A stretch of DNA of 45,593 nucleotides, taken from NCBI GenBank assembly GCA_002313355.1, contig DCBD01000129.1, positions 1 through 45,593 of the forward strand, given 5' to 3'. Below are positions 11,245 to 19,163 of this stretch, in pieces. How positions within the stretch are numbered: position 1 is the first letter of the stretch; each line of letters opens with the position of its first letter. Source of the stretch: Opitutia bacterium UBA1116. GTDB taxonomy: Bacteria > Verrucomicrobiota > Verrucomicrobiia > Opitutales > UBA1977. The notes under the pieces were generated by a model. The model did not search any database and was not told the origin of the DNA. It saw only the letters and a list, made by a program, of their open reading frames with translations. A program made the translations under genes and the position numbers.

Positions 11245-12195
11245 ATGGCAGTTATCACCTTTGAACCCATCTATCAAGAACGCGTCTGGGGCGGACGGAC
11301 TATTGAAACATATCTCGAACGAACTTTACCTAAAAATACGGTTATCGGTGAAAGCTGGGATATTGTAGATCGAACTGACAATCAAAGTGTTATCCTAAAT
11401 GGCCGGTGGAAAGGAATGTCTCTTAGGCAAGCCATTGAGTCTGACCCTAAGGCCATTATGGGCCCTCAGTGGCCCCAAAAAAGAGCGTTTCCCATTTTAG
11501 TCAAATGGCTGGACTGCCAAGATCGCTTAAGCCTCCAAGTTCATCCACCAGCTGGCATTGCCGAAAAGCTAAAAGGAGAGCCCAAAACAGAACACTGGTA
11601 TATCGCCCAAGCCAGCCAAGATGCCGCCTTACTTGTAGGCCTCAAAGAGAAAATAACACGTGAAGCATTTGAAATACGTCTTAAAAACAACAATTTAGAA
11701 CCCATTTTGCATCGTGTGCCCAGCAAAGAAGGGGATGCCATTTTCGTTCCCAGTGGTCGCCTCCATGCTATTGACGGCGGCAATTTGATACTCGAAATTC
11801 AACAAAACTCTGATACAACCTATCGTGTATACGACTGGGGACGCATGGGGCTAGACGGTAAACCCAGAGCCCTTCATATAGAGGAATCCTTGCAATGCAT
11901 TGATTTCAACGACATCCAACCCAGCCTGATACATGCCAAGTCGCAAAATAACGTACAAACATTAGCGGATTGCGACGCGTTTCGCATTCGCAAATTACAA
12001 CTTAAAAAAGATGAAACGCTTGCATTGACCAATAGAGAAGGTCCTTTTATTATATCTATGCTTAGCGGATGCCTACAAGATAATGACAACCTATCACTCA
12101 AAAAAGGCGTAAATGGCTTGATTCCCTCTGAAGAATTGTGTGTACTTACTGCACAAGCAGATACCTCTATCTTATTAACAGATCATTTTGCGTAA
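11245..12195 (+). CDS. manA: class I mannose-6-phosphate isomerase
   Basis: 316 aa. The motifs ERVWGGR, LSLQVHPP, EHWYI and a G..HAI-type block (VPSGRLHAI) are typical of short type I PMI cupins. Confidence 0.8.
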   Translation: MAVITFEPIYQERVWGGRTIETYLERTLPKNTVIGESWDIVDRTDNQSVILNGRWKGMSLRQAIESDPKAIMGPQWPQKRAFPILVKWLDCQDRLSLQVHPPAGIAEKLKGEPKTEHWYIAQASQDAALLVGLKEKITREAFEIRLKNNNLEPILHRVPSKEGDAIFVPSGRLHAIDGGNLILEIQQNSDTTYRVYDWGRMGLDGKPRALHIEESLQCIDFNDIQPSLIHAKSQNNVQTLADCDAFRIRKLQLKKDETLALTNREGPFIISMLSGCLQDNDNLSLKKGVNGLIPSEELCVLTAQADTSILLTDHFA

Positions 12196-12214
12196 AACAA
12201 ACGCCTCCACTCCT

Positions 12215-13042
12215 ATGAACGCTTTTTTAAACATTCTTTCCGCTCCCTTTCGCTGGATTTCGTCTTTATTCTTAAGAATACTGTTTATCATTTTTCTAGT
12301 CGTACTACTACTTCTAGTCACGCCTGGTTGGTATGTGCCATTCATTGCAAAAAAGGTTGTTTACTATAAAACAGGCTTCCCAGTAACAATCGGCGAATCT
12401 CACATCAACATTTTCACTGGAAAAATAGATTTTTTAGATATTTCAATACAAAACCCTGATTCGTTCGCAGAAAAAAAATTTGTTGATGTTAAAGAGCTGT
12501 CCTTACACATAGAACCTTTATCTATTTTCAAGGAAATTTTTGTTTGCGATCGATTCATATTTAAAATTGAAAACGTTTCTTGGGTTAAATCCGATCAACA
12601 AGAAGTAAATCTCGAAGCTTTCGTGCAATCTCTCGAGGGAGAGCCTAAAGACGCTCAAAAAGAAGAACATTCTACTACTGAGGCAGAGCCAAGCCCCCCA
12701 GCTCCTATGCCAGAGTTCTTGATGAAGAAATTTGAATTAACACTGAATACAGTCAACCAATACGATTTCACGAAGTCGCCCCCTAAGGAAAAAGAATACA
12801 AACTAGGCTTCGAGTTTCAGATAGAAAACGCTCGAAGTGTTGAAGAAATATTAAAGCCGTTAATGTCTCAATTAACAAAAGAAGGGGTAAGCTTCTTGGC
12901 TCAAAGTTTTCTGGATTCACTCCTGGATTCAGAAACCTATAAAGGGATTGCTAAAGACCTGCTAGATGGCATCCCAGGTCTCGACAGCGCGGGAGAGGGC
13001 ATATCTAAAGGGCTGGAAAACATCTTCAAAGTTTTTGAATAA
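12215..13042 (+). CDS. membrane-anchored protein with AsmA-like N-terminal domain (short)
   Basis: The ORF track starts at TTG 12188, overlapping manA. I prefer ATG 12215 (MNAFLNIL...). After the TM helix, the stretch KTGFPVTIGESHINIFTGKIDFLDISIQNPDSF...VDVKELSLHIEPLSIF matches the alternating-strand layout of AsmA N-terminal domains. An acidic/Pro-rich linker follows. The family call is by eye only. Confidence 0.45.
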   Translation: MNAFLNILSAPFRWISSLFLRILFIIFLVVLLLLVTPGWYVPFIAKKVVYYKTGFPVTIGESHINIFTGKIDFLDISIQNPDSFAEKKFVDVKELSLHIEPLSIFKEIFVCDRFIFKIENVSWVKSDQQEVNLEAFVQSLEGEPKDAQKEEHSTTEAEPSPPAPMPEFLMKKFELTLNTVNQYDFTKSPPKEKEYKLGFEFQIENARSVEEILKPLMSQLTKEGVSFLAQSFLDSLLDSETYKGIAKDLLDGIPGLDSAGEGISKGLENIFKVFE

Positions 13043-13065
13043 AGAGCCTTGATTTTAGCTTTAAT

Positions 13066-13081
13066 AGCTTAAAATTAAGCT
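13066..13081. promoter_or_regulatory. AT-rich palindrome AGCTTAA-AA-TTAAGCT ending 3 nt before the grpE start codon
   Basis: Seven-bp perfect arms with a 2-nt spacer, read directly. An additional direct TAGCTT copy lies at 13056..13061. The function (operator or mRNA hairpin) is unproven. Confidence 0.3.
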
Positions 13082-13084
13082 CTC

Positions 13085-13615
13085 ATGAATAAAGATTCTT
13101 TGGAGAATTCTATTGGATCGGATCACTCACCTGCAGAGGAGGGGGATAGCCTATCACAAGAACTCGAAGCCGCAAGATCGGAAGCCGCTCATAATCAAGA
13201 GCTTTTAGCAAGGGCCATTGCCGATTTGGACAATTTTCGCAAACGAATAACTCGCGAAAAAGAAGATCTACAAAAGTATCGATCTGAAGCTCTAGTTAAA
13301 AGCCTTCTGCCGATTCTAGATAATTTCAAAAATGGAATTAAAGCTGTTCAGCAAGAAAATGCCACCGAAGAAATAATCAAAGGCTTCTGTGTTATCTTTG
13401 AGCAGGTATCCGAAGTGCTTAGAGAACAAGGAGTTAAAGAAATAAGTCCGCTAGGAGACTTGTTCGACCCCCATCTTCACGATTGCCTATCTCAAATACC
13501 TAGTAGCGAAAGTCCTGAGGGCACTGTAATAGAAGTCATTCGCCCAGGATACATGCTTCATGATCGCCTACTAAGGCCTGCGACCGTTATTATTTCATCA
13601 GGAAATCCTTCTTAA
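13085..13615 (+). CDS. grpE: nucleotide exchange factor GrpE
   Basis: 176 aa. It has LARAIADLDNFRKRITREKED and a C-terminal GYMLHDRLLRPATV block typical of GrpE. dnaJ lies downstream. Confidence 0.92.
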   Translation: MNKDSLENSIGSDHSPAEEGDSLSQELEAARSEAAHNQELLARAIADLDNFRKRITREKEDLQKYRSEALVKSLLPILDNFKNGIKAVQQENATEEIIKGFCVIFEQVSEVLREQGVKEISPLGDLFDPHLHDCLSQIPSSESPEGTVIEVIRPGYMLHDRLLRPATVIISSGNPS

Positions 13616-13636
13616 CTTGTTTATTTCCAAAAAAAT

Positions 13637-14773
13637 ATGAGCCAAGAAGACTATTATAAACTTTTAGGAGTTGAACGCGATGCATCCTCTGAGCAAATAA
13701 AAAAGGCTTATCGTAAAAAAGCTATAGAATTTCATCCAGATAAAAACCCTAACAATCCAGAAGCTGAAGAGCAGTTTAAACAAGTCTCCGAAGCTTATGA
13801 AGTATTGAGCAATCCTGAAAAACGTACTGCATACGATCGTTACGGGCATGCCGCATTCAGTCAAAGCGGCCGAGGTGGATATACTTCGAGTGGCGGAGGA
13901 TTTCACGATCCTTTTGACATTTTTCGGGAAGTTTTTGGCGGAAGTGGCAGCGTTTTTGAAGAATTTTTTGGCAGAAACAGCAGCACTCAAAATCGTGTGC
14001 AAAGAGGTGCTGACTTAAGATATGATCTGGAAATCTCCCTGGAGGAAGCCGCTCAAGGCACTGAAAAAGAAGTTCAATACCGTCGCTATGCAGCATGTGA
14101 AGTGTGTAAAGGTTCTGGGGCTGAGCCTGAATCACAAAGTACAACATGCAGCCTATGCAATGGGACTGGTCAAGTGATCTCATCCAAAGGATTTTTTAGC
14201 GTGCGCCAAGCTTGTCCTCAATGCCAAGGACAAGGAACCATCATTGAAAAGCCCTGCACGCAATGCCATGGAAAGGGCAGGCAACTCGAAACAAATAAAC
14301 TTTCTGTTAAAATTCCAGCAGGCGTAGAGACAGGCTCTAAATTGAGATCCTCAGGAAATGGTGAGGCGGGCCTTTTTGGCGGGCCTTCTGGCGATTTATA
14401 CGTAGTTCTCCATGTAAAAGAACATGATATCTTTGAGCGCCACGCCAATGATCTTTATTGTGATATCCCAATTAAATTCACTCTAGCAGCACTAGGAGGC
14501 ACTATTGAAGTGCCTACGTTATCTGGAAAAGCCAGCCTTAAAATACCAGCAGGAACTCAGTCAGGAACTGTCTTTCGACTGCGCAATCACGGAATGCCTA
14601 GCTTAAAAGGTCACCACAAGGGAGACCAACTAGTAAGAGTTGACATTGAAGTGCCACAAAAACTCAATCATGAACAACGTAAACATTTAGAAGCTTTTGC
14701 ACTAGCATCTGGAGATGCTCATGAACCCTTAAGCAAAAGCTTTTTTGAAAAAGCTAAACGTTTTTTTGAATAA
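13637..14773 (+). CDS. dnaJ: molecular chaperone DnaJ
   Basis: 378 aa. The J-domain is DYYKLLGV...HPDKNP. A G/F-rich region is followed by four CxxCxGxG zinc-finger repeats ([32 protein letters not shown]). Confidence 0.96.
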   Translation: MSQEDYYKLLGVERDASSEQIKKAYRKKAIEFHPDKNPNNPEAEEQFKQVSEAYEVLSNPEKRTAYDRYGHAAFSQSGRGGYTSSGGGFHDPFDIFREVFGGSGSVFEEFFGRNSSTQNRVQRGADLRYDLEISLEEAAQGTEKEVQYRRYAACEVCKGSGAEPESQSTTCSLCNGTGQVISSKGFFSVRQACPQCQGQGTIIEKPCTQCHGKGRQLETNKLSVKIPAGVETGSKLRSSGNGEAGLFGGPSGDLYVVLHVKEHDIFERHANDLYCDIPIKFTLAALGGTIEVPTLSGKASLKIPAGTQSGTVFRLRNHGMPSLKGHHKGDQLVRVDIEVPQKLNHEQRKHLEAFALASGDAHEPLSKSFFEKAKRFFE

Positions 14774-14792
14774 AAAACTCAATCTATTCTTC

Positions 14793-15305
14793 ATGAACAA
14801 CCTAGGATCAATAAAAGACCCTAAATTAACCACACTAGAAGAAGCTATTCAGAAACGCTTGAGCTTAAAAAAGGCAAACCAAACATTTGTATTAACCAAT
14901 GGCTGTTTTGACCTGCTACACCCAGGGCACATTTTTTTTCTCCAAGAAGCTGCAAAGCAAGGTCATGTGCTTTGGGTCTTGTTAAACTCAGATGCAAGTG
15001 CTAAGGCTCTAAAAGGTGAGTCAAGGCCCGTATTAAAAGAACAAGAACGAGCTTTCGCATTAACAGCACTCCAAGCAGTAGGAGGAATTACTATTTTTAA
15101 CAGCAAACGCTTAACCTCTGAAATATTGTCGCTAAAACCCGATGTCTATGTAAAAGCTGGGGACTACACGTTAGAGGCGCTGGACGCTAATGAACGCACC
15201 GCACTTGAAAAAGTAGGCGCGGAAATTCGCTTCTTGCCGTTTTTGGAAGGATTTAGCACAACTAAACTCATCTCTAAGATTTCGAAAGCTGCAAATACTT
15301 TTTAA
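14793..15305 (+). CDS. hldC: D-glycero-beta-D-manno-heptose 1-phosphate adenylyltransferase (stand-alone RfaE domain II, cytidylyltransferase fold)
   Basis: The motif NGCFDLLHPGHIFFLQEA is the (H/T)xGH nucleotidyltransferase motif of the RfaE/HldE C-terminal domain. The track start 14745 overlaps dnaJ and adds a nonsense leader, so ATG 14793 (MNNLGS...) is preferred. Confidence 0.75.
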   Translation: MNNLGSIKDPKLTTLEEAIQKRLSLKKANQTFVLTNGCFDLLHPGHIFFLQEAAKQGHVLWVLLNSDASAKALKGESRPVLKEQERAFALTALQAVGGITIFNSKRLTSEILSLKPDVYVKAGDYTLEALDANERTALEKVGAEIRFLPFLEGFSTTKLISKISKAANTF

Positions 15306-15310
15306 CTTAC

Positions 15311-16192
15311 ATGTACACCGTAAAAATTTCGGTAGACTCACAAACAGAAGCACGACTAGACGCTCTATTCTCTGAATTTGAAACGGGTGCATGGAGCCTT
15401 CAGCAATTCAATAATGAGCGGACATTTCTTCAAGGATTTTTCCCCACTGCTGAAGAAGCTCAGATCGCGTGGGCAAGCCTACAGAAGAAGGTATTCTTGC
15501 TGCCAACACAATGCACACCCTATGCAATCAATGAAGAAGACTGGAAAGAATCCTACAAGCAATACCTGAAGCCGTGGTCTGAACGGAACCTCCACTGGGT
15601 TCCTCTATGGGAAAAAGAACACTATTATCTACCCCCAGGACATACCGCCGTTTACTTAGATGCAGGGATGGCATTTGGAACTGGAGCCCACGAAACTACC
15701 CAGCTTTGTGTTAAACGTATTTTAGACTTCAAAGAAAAACAGGGTGCATCTTTCTGCCAAAAAAGCATAATGGATGCAGGATGTGGCTCTGGCATTTTGG
15801 CCATTTCTGCAGCAAAATTAGGCTGCTCAAACGTTATAGCCTTTGATATAGATCCTGATGCCATTCAAGTCAGCAAAGAAAACAGGGCTGAAAATAGCCT
15901 TTCGGCTGAAAACATTTCCTTTGCTTTAGCTGACATTCAAGCTGGACTCAGGGACAATAATGCAGATCTTATTCTTGCAAATATTCAAGCAGATGTTCTC
16001 TGCTTAAATGCAAAGCAAATTCTTACAGCACTTCAACCTAAAGCTGAAATATCCATGAGCGGAATATTGAAAACAGAACTAAAGGTTGTTTTTGAGCACT
16101 TTCAGAACACTGCAAAAAAATTAAAGCTAAATATTGATATGCAGTCTAAAGAGCTTGGAGAGTGGGCTGATTTAAAAATCGAACGAACATGA
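15311..16192 (+). CDS. prmA: ribosomal protein L11 methyltransferase
   Basis: 293 aa. It has GMAFGTGAHETTQLC and the SAM motif DAGCGSGILAISAAKLG. A location downstream of dnaJ is common for prmA. Confidence 0.9.
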   Translation: MYTVKISVDSQTEARLDALFSEFETGAWSLQQFNNERTFLQGFFPTAEEAQIAWASLQKKVFLLPTQCTPYAINEEDWKESYKQYLKPWSERNLHWVPLWEKEHYYLPPGHTAVYLDAGMAFGTGAHETTQLCVKRILDFKEKQGASFCQKSIMDAGCGSGILAISAAKLGCSNVIAFDIDPDAIQVSKENRAENSLSAENISFALADIQAGLRDNNADLILANIQADVLCLNAKQILTALQPKAEISMSGILKTELKVVFEHFQNTAKKLKLNIDMQSKELGEWADLKIERT

Positions 16193-16211
16193 AAAGCATT
16201 ACCACTCAACC

Positions 16212-16688
16212 CTAACCTTCATTGCTTGGCACATCCTTTTCTTTTTCTTCTTTTATCGGTGATTTTCGCGCCTTAAAGCCTGAAACAATAATGTCTATAT
16301 GGCCAACTTCACCTTCTCCAATATTTTCGTAAAGACTTTGGGCTAAACGCGTTTGCAAACGTGTTGCTAAATTATGAATAGAGGTATCGTCATTAGAATG
16401 GACTCTCACAGAAACTTGTAACTTCCCCCGAGAAATAACAATATGCGCACGAGGTTTTGTTGTGGCCTCAGCATAGCAAGCCGCACGAATCAATTCTTTT
16501 AATGCAGATCGACTAACGTGAATCCTGCCTATGCCATTTCTAGAAACCTGAATGGGTCTGTTCTGAGACTTAAAATAAGCGTAGCCAATCAAAAAAACAA
16601 GAAGCGCTAAACAAATCACGAATGCAAAAGGCTTGCCTAAAAAAGCCTGCCCCCATGCATCCATTTGTTGAAGGAAGCGCTCAAGCAT
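16212..16688 (-). CDS. single-pass membrane protein, possibly alkaline-shock anchor AmaP-like
   Basis: 158-aa ORF 20 bp downstream of the Asp23-family gene, with one N-terminal TM helix (FAFVICLALLVFLIGYAYF). The AmaP assignment rests only on size, topology and adjacency to asp23. Confidence 0.4.
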   Translation of the reverse strand: MLERFLQQMDAWGQAFLGKPFAFVICLALLVFLIGYAYFKSQNRPIQVSRNGIGRIHVSRSALKELIRAACYAEATTKPRAHIVISRGKLQVSVRVHSNDDTSIHNLATRLQTRLAQSLYENIGEGEVGHIDIIVSGFKARKSPIKEEKEKDVPSNEG

Positions 16689-16708
16689 TTTAAAATCCGG
16701 GGTGTTTA

Positions 16709-17167
16709 TTAATCCGTGGCACTATCAATATGCCATTCGTTTTTATCTTTTTTTTCAGAATCAGCCATTTTAACGCCATCAATAATAACATCCACTTTAC
16801 TTACATTTTTCATAGTCATTTTAGCAACTTGCTGGCGGATATTTTCCTGAATTTGAAAGGCTGTTTTAGCAAGCTCTACCCCAAAACGCAAGATAACGCG
16901 AACTTCAATGACATAGTTTCCGGCCTCATCCTCAACAACGCGAACACCTCGATCTGATTCTTTTTTTGAAAAAATTTCTGCAATTCCGTCAACAAAGCTA
17001 CCACCAACAGCATAAGCACCCTCAACCTCAAGAGCAGCCAAGCGAACAATACTTGCTACAACAGAATGGTTAATTTTTACTTCACCTCCTGAAGGTAGCT
17101 CTTCGTTAATAGTGGGAATAGTTGTGTTTTCCATGGTTAGATTTTCTTTAGAAGTTTCTTTGCTCAT
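16709..17167 (-). CDS. Asp23/Gls24 family envelope stress protein
   Basis: 152 aa. The stretch VVASIVRLAALEVEGAYAV...GVRVVEDEAGNYVIEVRVILRFGVELAKTA is the typical Asp23 (DUF322) pattern. It starts 2 nt after the accC stop. Confidence 0.85.
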   Translation of the reverse strand: MSKETSKENLTMENTTIPTINEELPSGGEVKINHSVVASIVRLAALEVEGAYAVGGSFVDGIAEIFSKKESDRGVRVVEDEAGNYVIEVRVILRFGVELAKTAFQIQENIRQQVAKMTMKNVSKVDVIIDGVKMADSEKKDKNEWHIDSATD

Positions 17168-17169
17168 TA

Positions 17170-18552
17170 TTATAATGCCTTATTGGGTTGGGTAAAAAGA
17201 TCTTTAGGGCTTCGATCAATAAACTCCGGAATATAAGCTGTACTAACCCCTCCCGCCTTAAAAACAGGATCCTGCATAACCGCTTTACAAAAAGGAATGG
17301 TTGTATTAATACCACGGATAAGGTACTCACTTAAAGCTCGATACATCCGATTAATTGCAATATCTCGAGTTTTTCCAAAGCTAATTAACTTAGCAATCAT
17401 ACTGTCATAGTGTGGGGGAATACTGTAACCACCATAACAATGAGAGTCAACTCTTACTCCGTGCCCACCAGGGGGATAATATAAGGAAATCTCTCCAGGA
17501 CATGGCGCAAATGACTTACCCGGATCTTCTGCATTAATCCGGCATTCAATTGCATGACGATCGAACTTAATATCTTTTTGTCGATATCCCAATTTTTCTC
17601 CAGCAGCCATTAATATTTGCTGCTTGATAAGATCTACACCCGTAATTTCTTCAGTGATAGCATGCTCAACTTGAATACGAGTGTTCATTTCAATAAAATA
17701 AAAATGCCCGTGCTTATCGACTAAAAATTCAATGGTACCTGCATTCTGATAACCGCAAGCTTCAGCAATTTTAACCGCAGCATTGCCCATTTTGGCCCTT
17801 AGATCTGCTGTCAAGAAAGGCGAGGGCGCCTCTTCAATGAGCTTTTGATAACGACGTTGAATAGAGCAGTCTCTCTCGCCCAGATGGATAAGCTTCCCAT
17901 GAGAATCGCCAAGAATCTGAAATTCAATATGCCTAGGCTCTTCAATAAACTTTTCAATATAAACGGCTCCATTGCCAAAATTTCGCTCGGCCTCTAAACT
18001 CGCTGTTGCCAGCTCCTTACCAAATGCTACAGCATTGTGAGCAAGGCGCATACCCTTACCTCCGCCTCCAGCAGCAGCTTTAATAATTACAGGAAATCCT
18101 ATTTTTTGCGCAATTTTGAGAGCCTCTTTCTCATTAAGAAGAGCACCCTCACTACCAGGGATGATAGGTGCCCCTGCTTTGTTCACAAGCTCACGAGCGT
18201 ACGCCTTATCTCCCATTTGACGAATAACTTCTGGCTTGGGCCCAATAAAAGTGATGTTACAACTGGCACATTGCTCAGCAAAATCAGCGTTTTCCGCTAA
18301 AAAGCCATAGCCAGGATGAATGGCGTCAACATCAGCAATTTCAGCGGCGCTAATAATTCGGTCACTTTTTAAATAACTATCTGTTGCTGCTGCTGGTCCA
18401 ATGCATATAGCCTCGTCAGCAAGCTGAACATGCAAGGACTGCTCGTCTGCCTCTGAATAAACCGCTAGGGTTTTAACTCCTAGCTCTCGACAAGCACGAA
18501 CAATTCGAAGAGCAATCTCTCCGCGATTAGCAATTAAAATTTTCTGAAACAT
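17170..18552 (-). CDS. accC: acetyl-CoA carboxylase biotin carboxylase subunit
   Basis: 460 aa. It has [17 protein letters not shown], the ATP-grasp GGGGKGMR, and [12 protein letters not shown]. Confidence 0.97.
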   Translation of the reverse strand: MFQKILIANRGEIALRIVRACRELGVKTLAVYSEADEQSLHVQLADEAICIGPAAATDSYLKSDRIISAAEIADVDAIHPGYGFLAENADFAEQCASCNITFIGPKPEVIRQMGDKAYARELVNKAGAPIIPGSEGALLNEKEALKIAQKIGFPVIIKAAAGGGGKGMRLAHNAVAFGKELATASLEAERNFGNGAVYIEKFIEEPRHIEFQILGDSHGKLIHLGERDCSIQRRYQKLIEEAPSPFLTADLRAKMGNAAVKIAEACGYQNAGTIEFLVDKHGHFYFIEMNTRIQVEHAITEEITGVDLIKQQILMAAGEKLGYRQKDIKFDRHAIECRINAEDPGKSFAPCPGEISLYYPPGGHGVRVDSHCYGGYSIPPHYDSMIAKLISFGKTRDIAINRMYRALSEYLIRGINTTIPFCKAVMQDPVFKAGGVSTAYIPEFIDRSPKDLFTQPNKAL

Positions 18553-18579
18553 AGACGAGAAGCGTACGATGAATAAATA

Positions 18580-19092
18580 TTAGTGCTTCTTTACCTTAAA
18601 TAGCGCCTGCCCATACTCAACAGATTCTCCGCTTTCGACAAGAACTTCAACAATAGTGCCTGTAACTTCTGCATGAATTTCATTCATAACCTTCATTGCC
18701 TCAATGATGCAAAGGACAGTATCCGACTGAATTTTAGTACCAACCTCGACAAAAGAAGGGCTATCTGGACTGGGCGCACGATAAAAAGTCCCCACCATTG
18801 GAGCTTTAATATAATCAATATTTACATCTTCCTGAGGTTTCTCTGGGCCACTAAAGCTTTGCTGTGCAGGAGATGTAGGCACTGGCTGCCTAGGCTGCTC
18901 AACAAGGAAAGGCGGGTGCGTTGCCGCCGGAAGCGATATAACAGGCTGTTGCGCTATTTCTGCATTTTTAGGTGCCCGCTTAATTCGTAGCTTGAGACTT
19001 TCTTCCTCAATCTCAAACTCTAGCAAATCAGAGCGCTTCATCAAATCAATTACTTGTTTGATTTCTTTAATATCCAAAACAGAGTTCCTCAA
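18580..19092 (-). CDS. accB: acetyl-CoA carboxylase biotin carboxyl carrier protein
   Basis: The biotinylation motif CIIEAMKVMNEI is present, with a Pro-rich linker. The track start is a TTG at 19092. A second TTG at 19077 (LDIKEIKQVIDL, like E. coli MDIRKIKKLIEL) is preceded by GAGGA and may be the real start. Confidence 0.92.
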   Translation of the reverse strand: MRNSVLDIKEIKQVIDLMKRSDLLEFEIEEESLKLRIKRAPKNAEIAQQPVISLPAATHPPFLVEQPRQPVPTSPAQQSFSGPEKPQEDVNIDYIKAPMVGTFYRAPSPDSPSFVEVGTKIQSDTVLCIIEAMKVMNEIHAEVTGTIVEVLVESGESVEYGQALFKVKKH

Positions 19093-19163
19093 TTTAGTGG
19101 TTAGATTAACTTATTGGCTTAGACATGAAGAAGAAAAAACAAAATTTTTAAAGGCGCAATGCT

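Noticed and set aside
13043-13084. Possible CIRCE (HrcA operator) upstream of grpE
   Set aside because: The arms do not match TTAGCACTC-N9-GAGTGCTAA. Only a TTAGC fragment is shared. It is reported instead as an unclassified palindrome with low confidence.
14745-14792. Upstream extension of the hldC-like ORF ([16 protein letters not shown]...) overlapping the dnaJ 3' end
   Set aside because: The extension is translated from the A/T-rich dnaJ tail and adds no conserved sequence. The ATG at 14793 gives a normal N-terminus for the nucleotidyltransferase fold.
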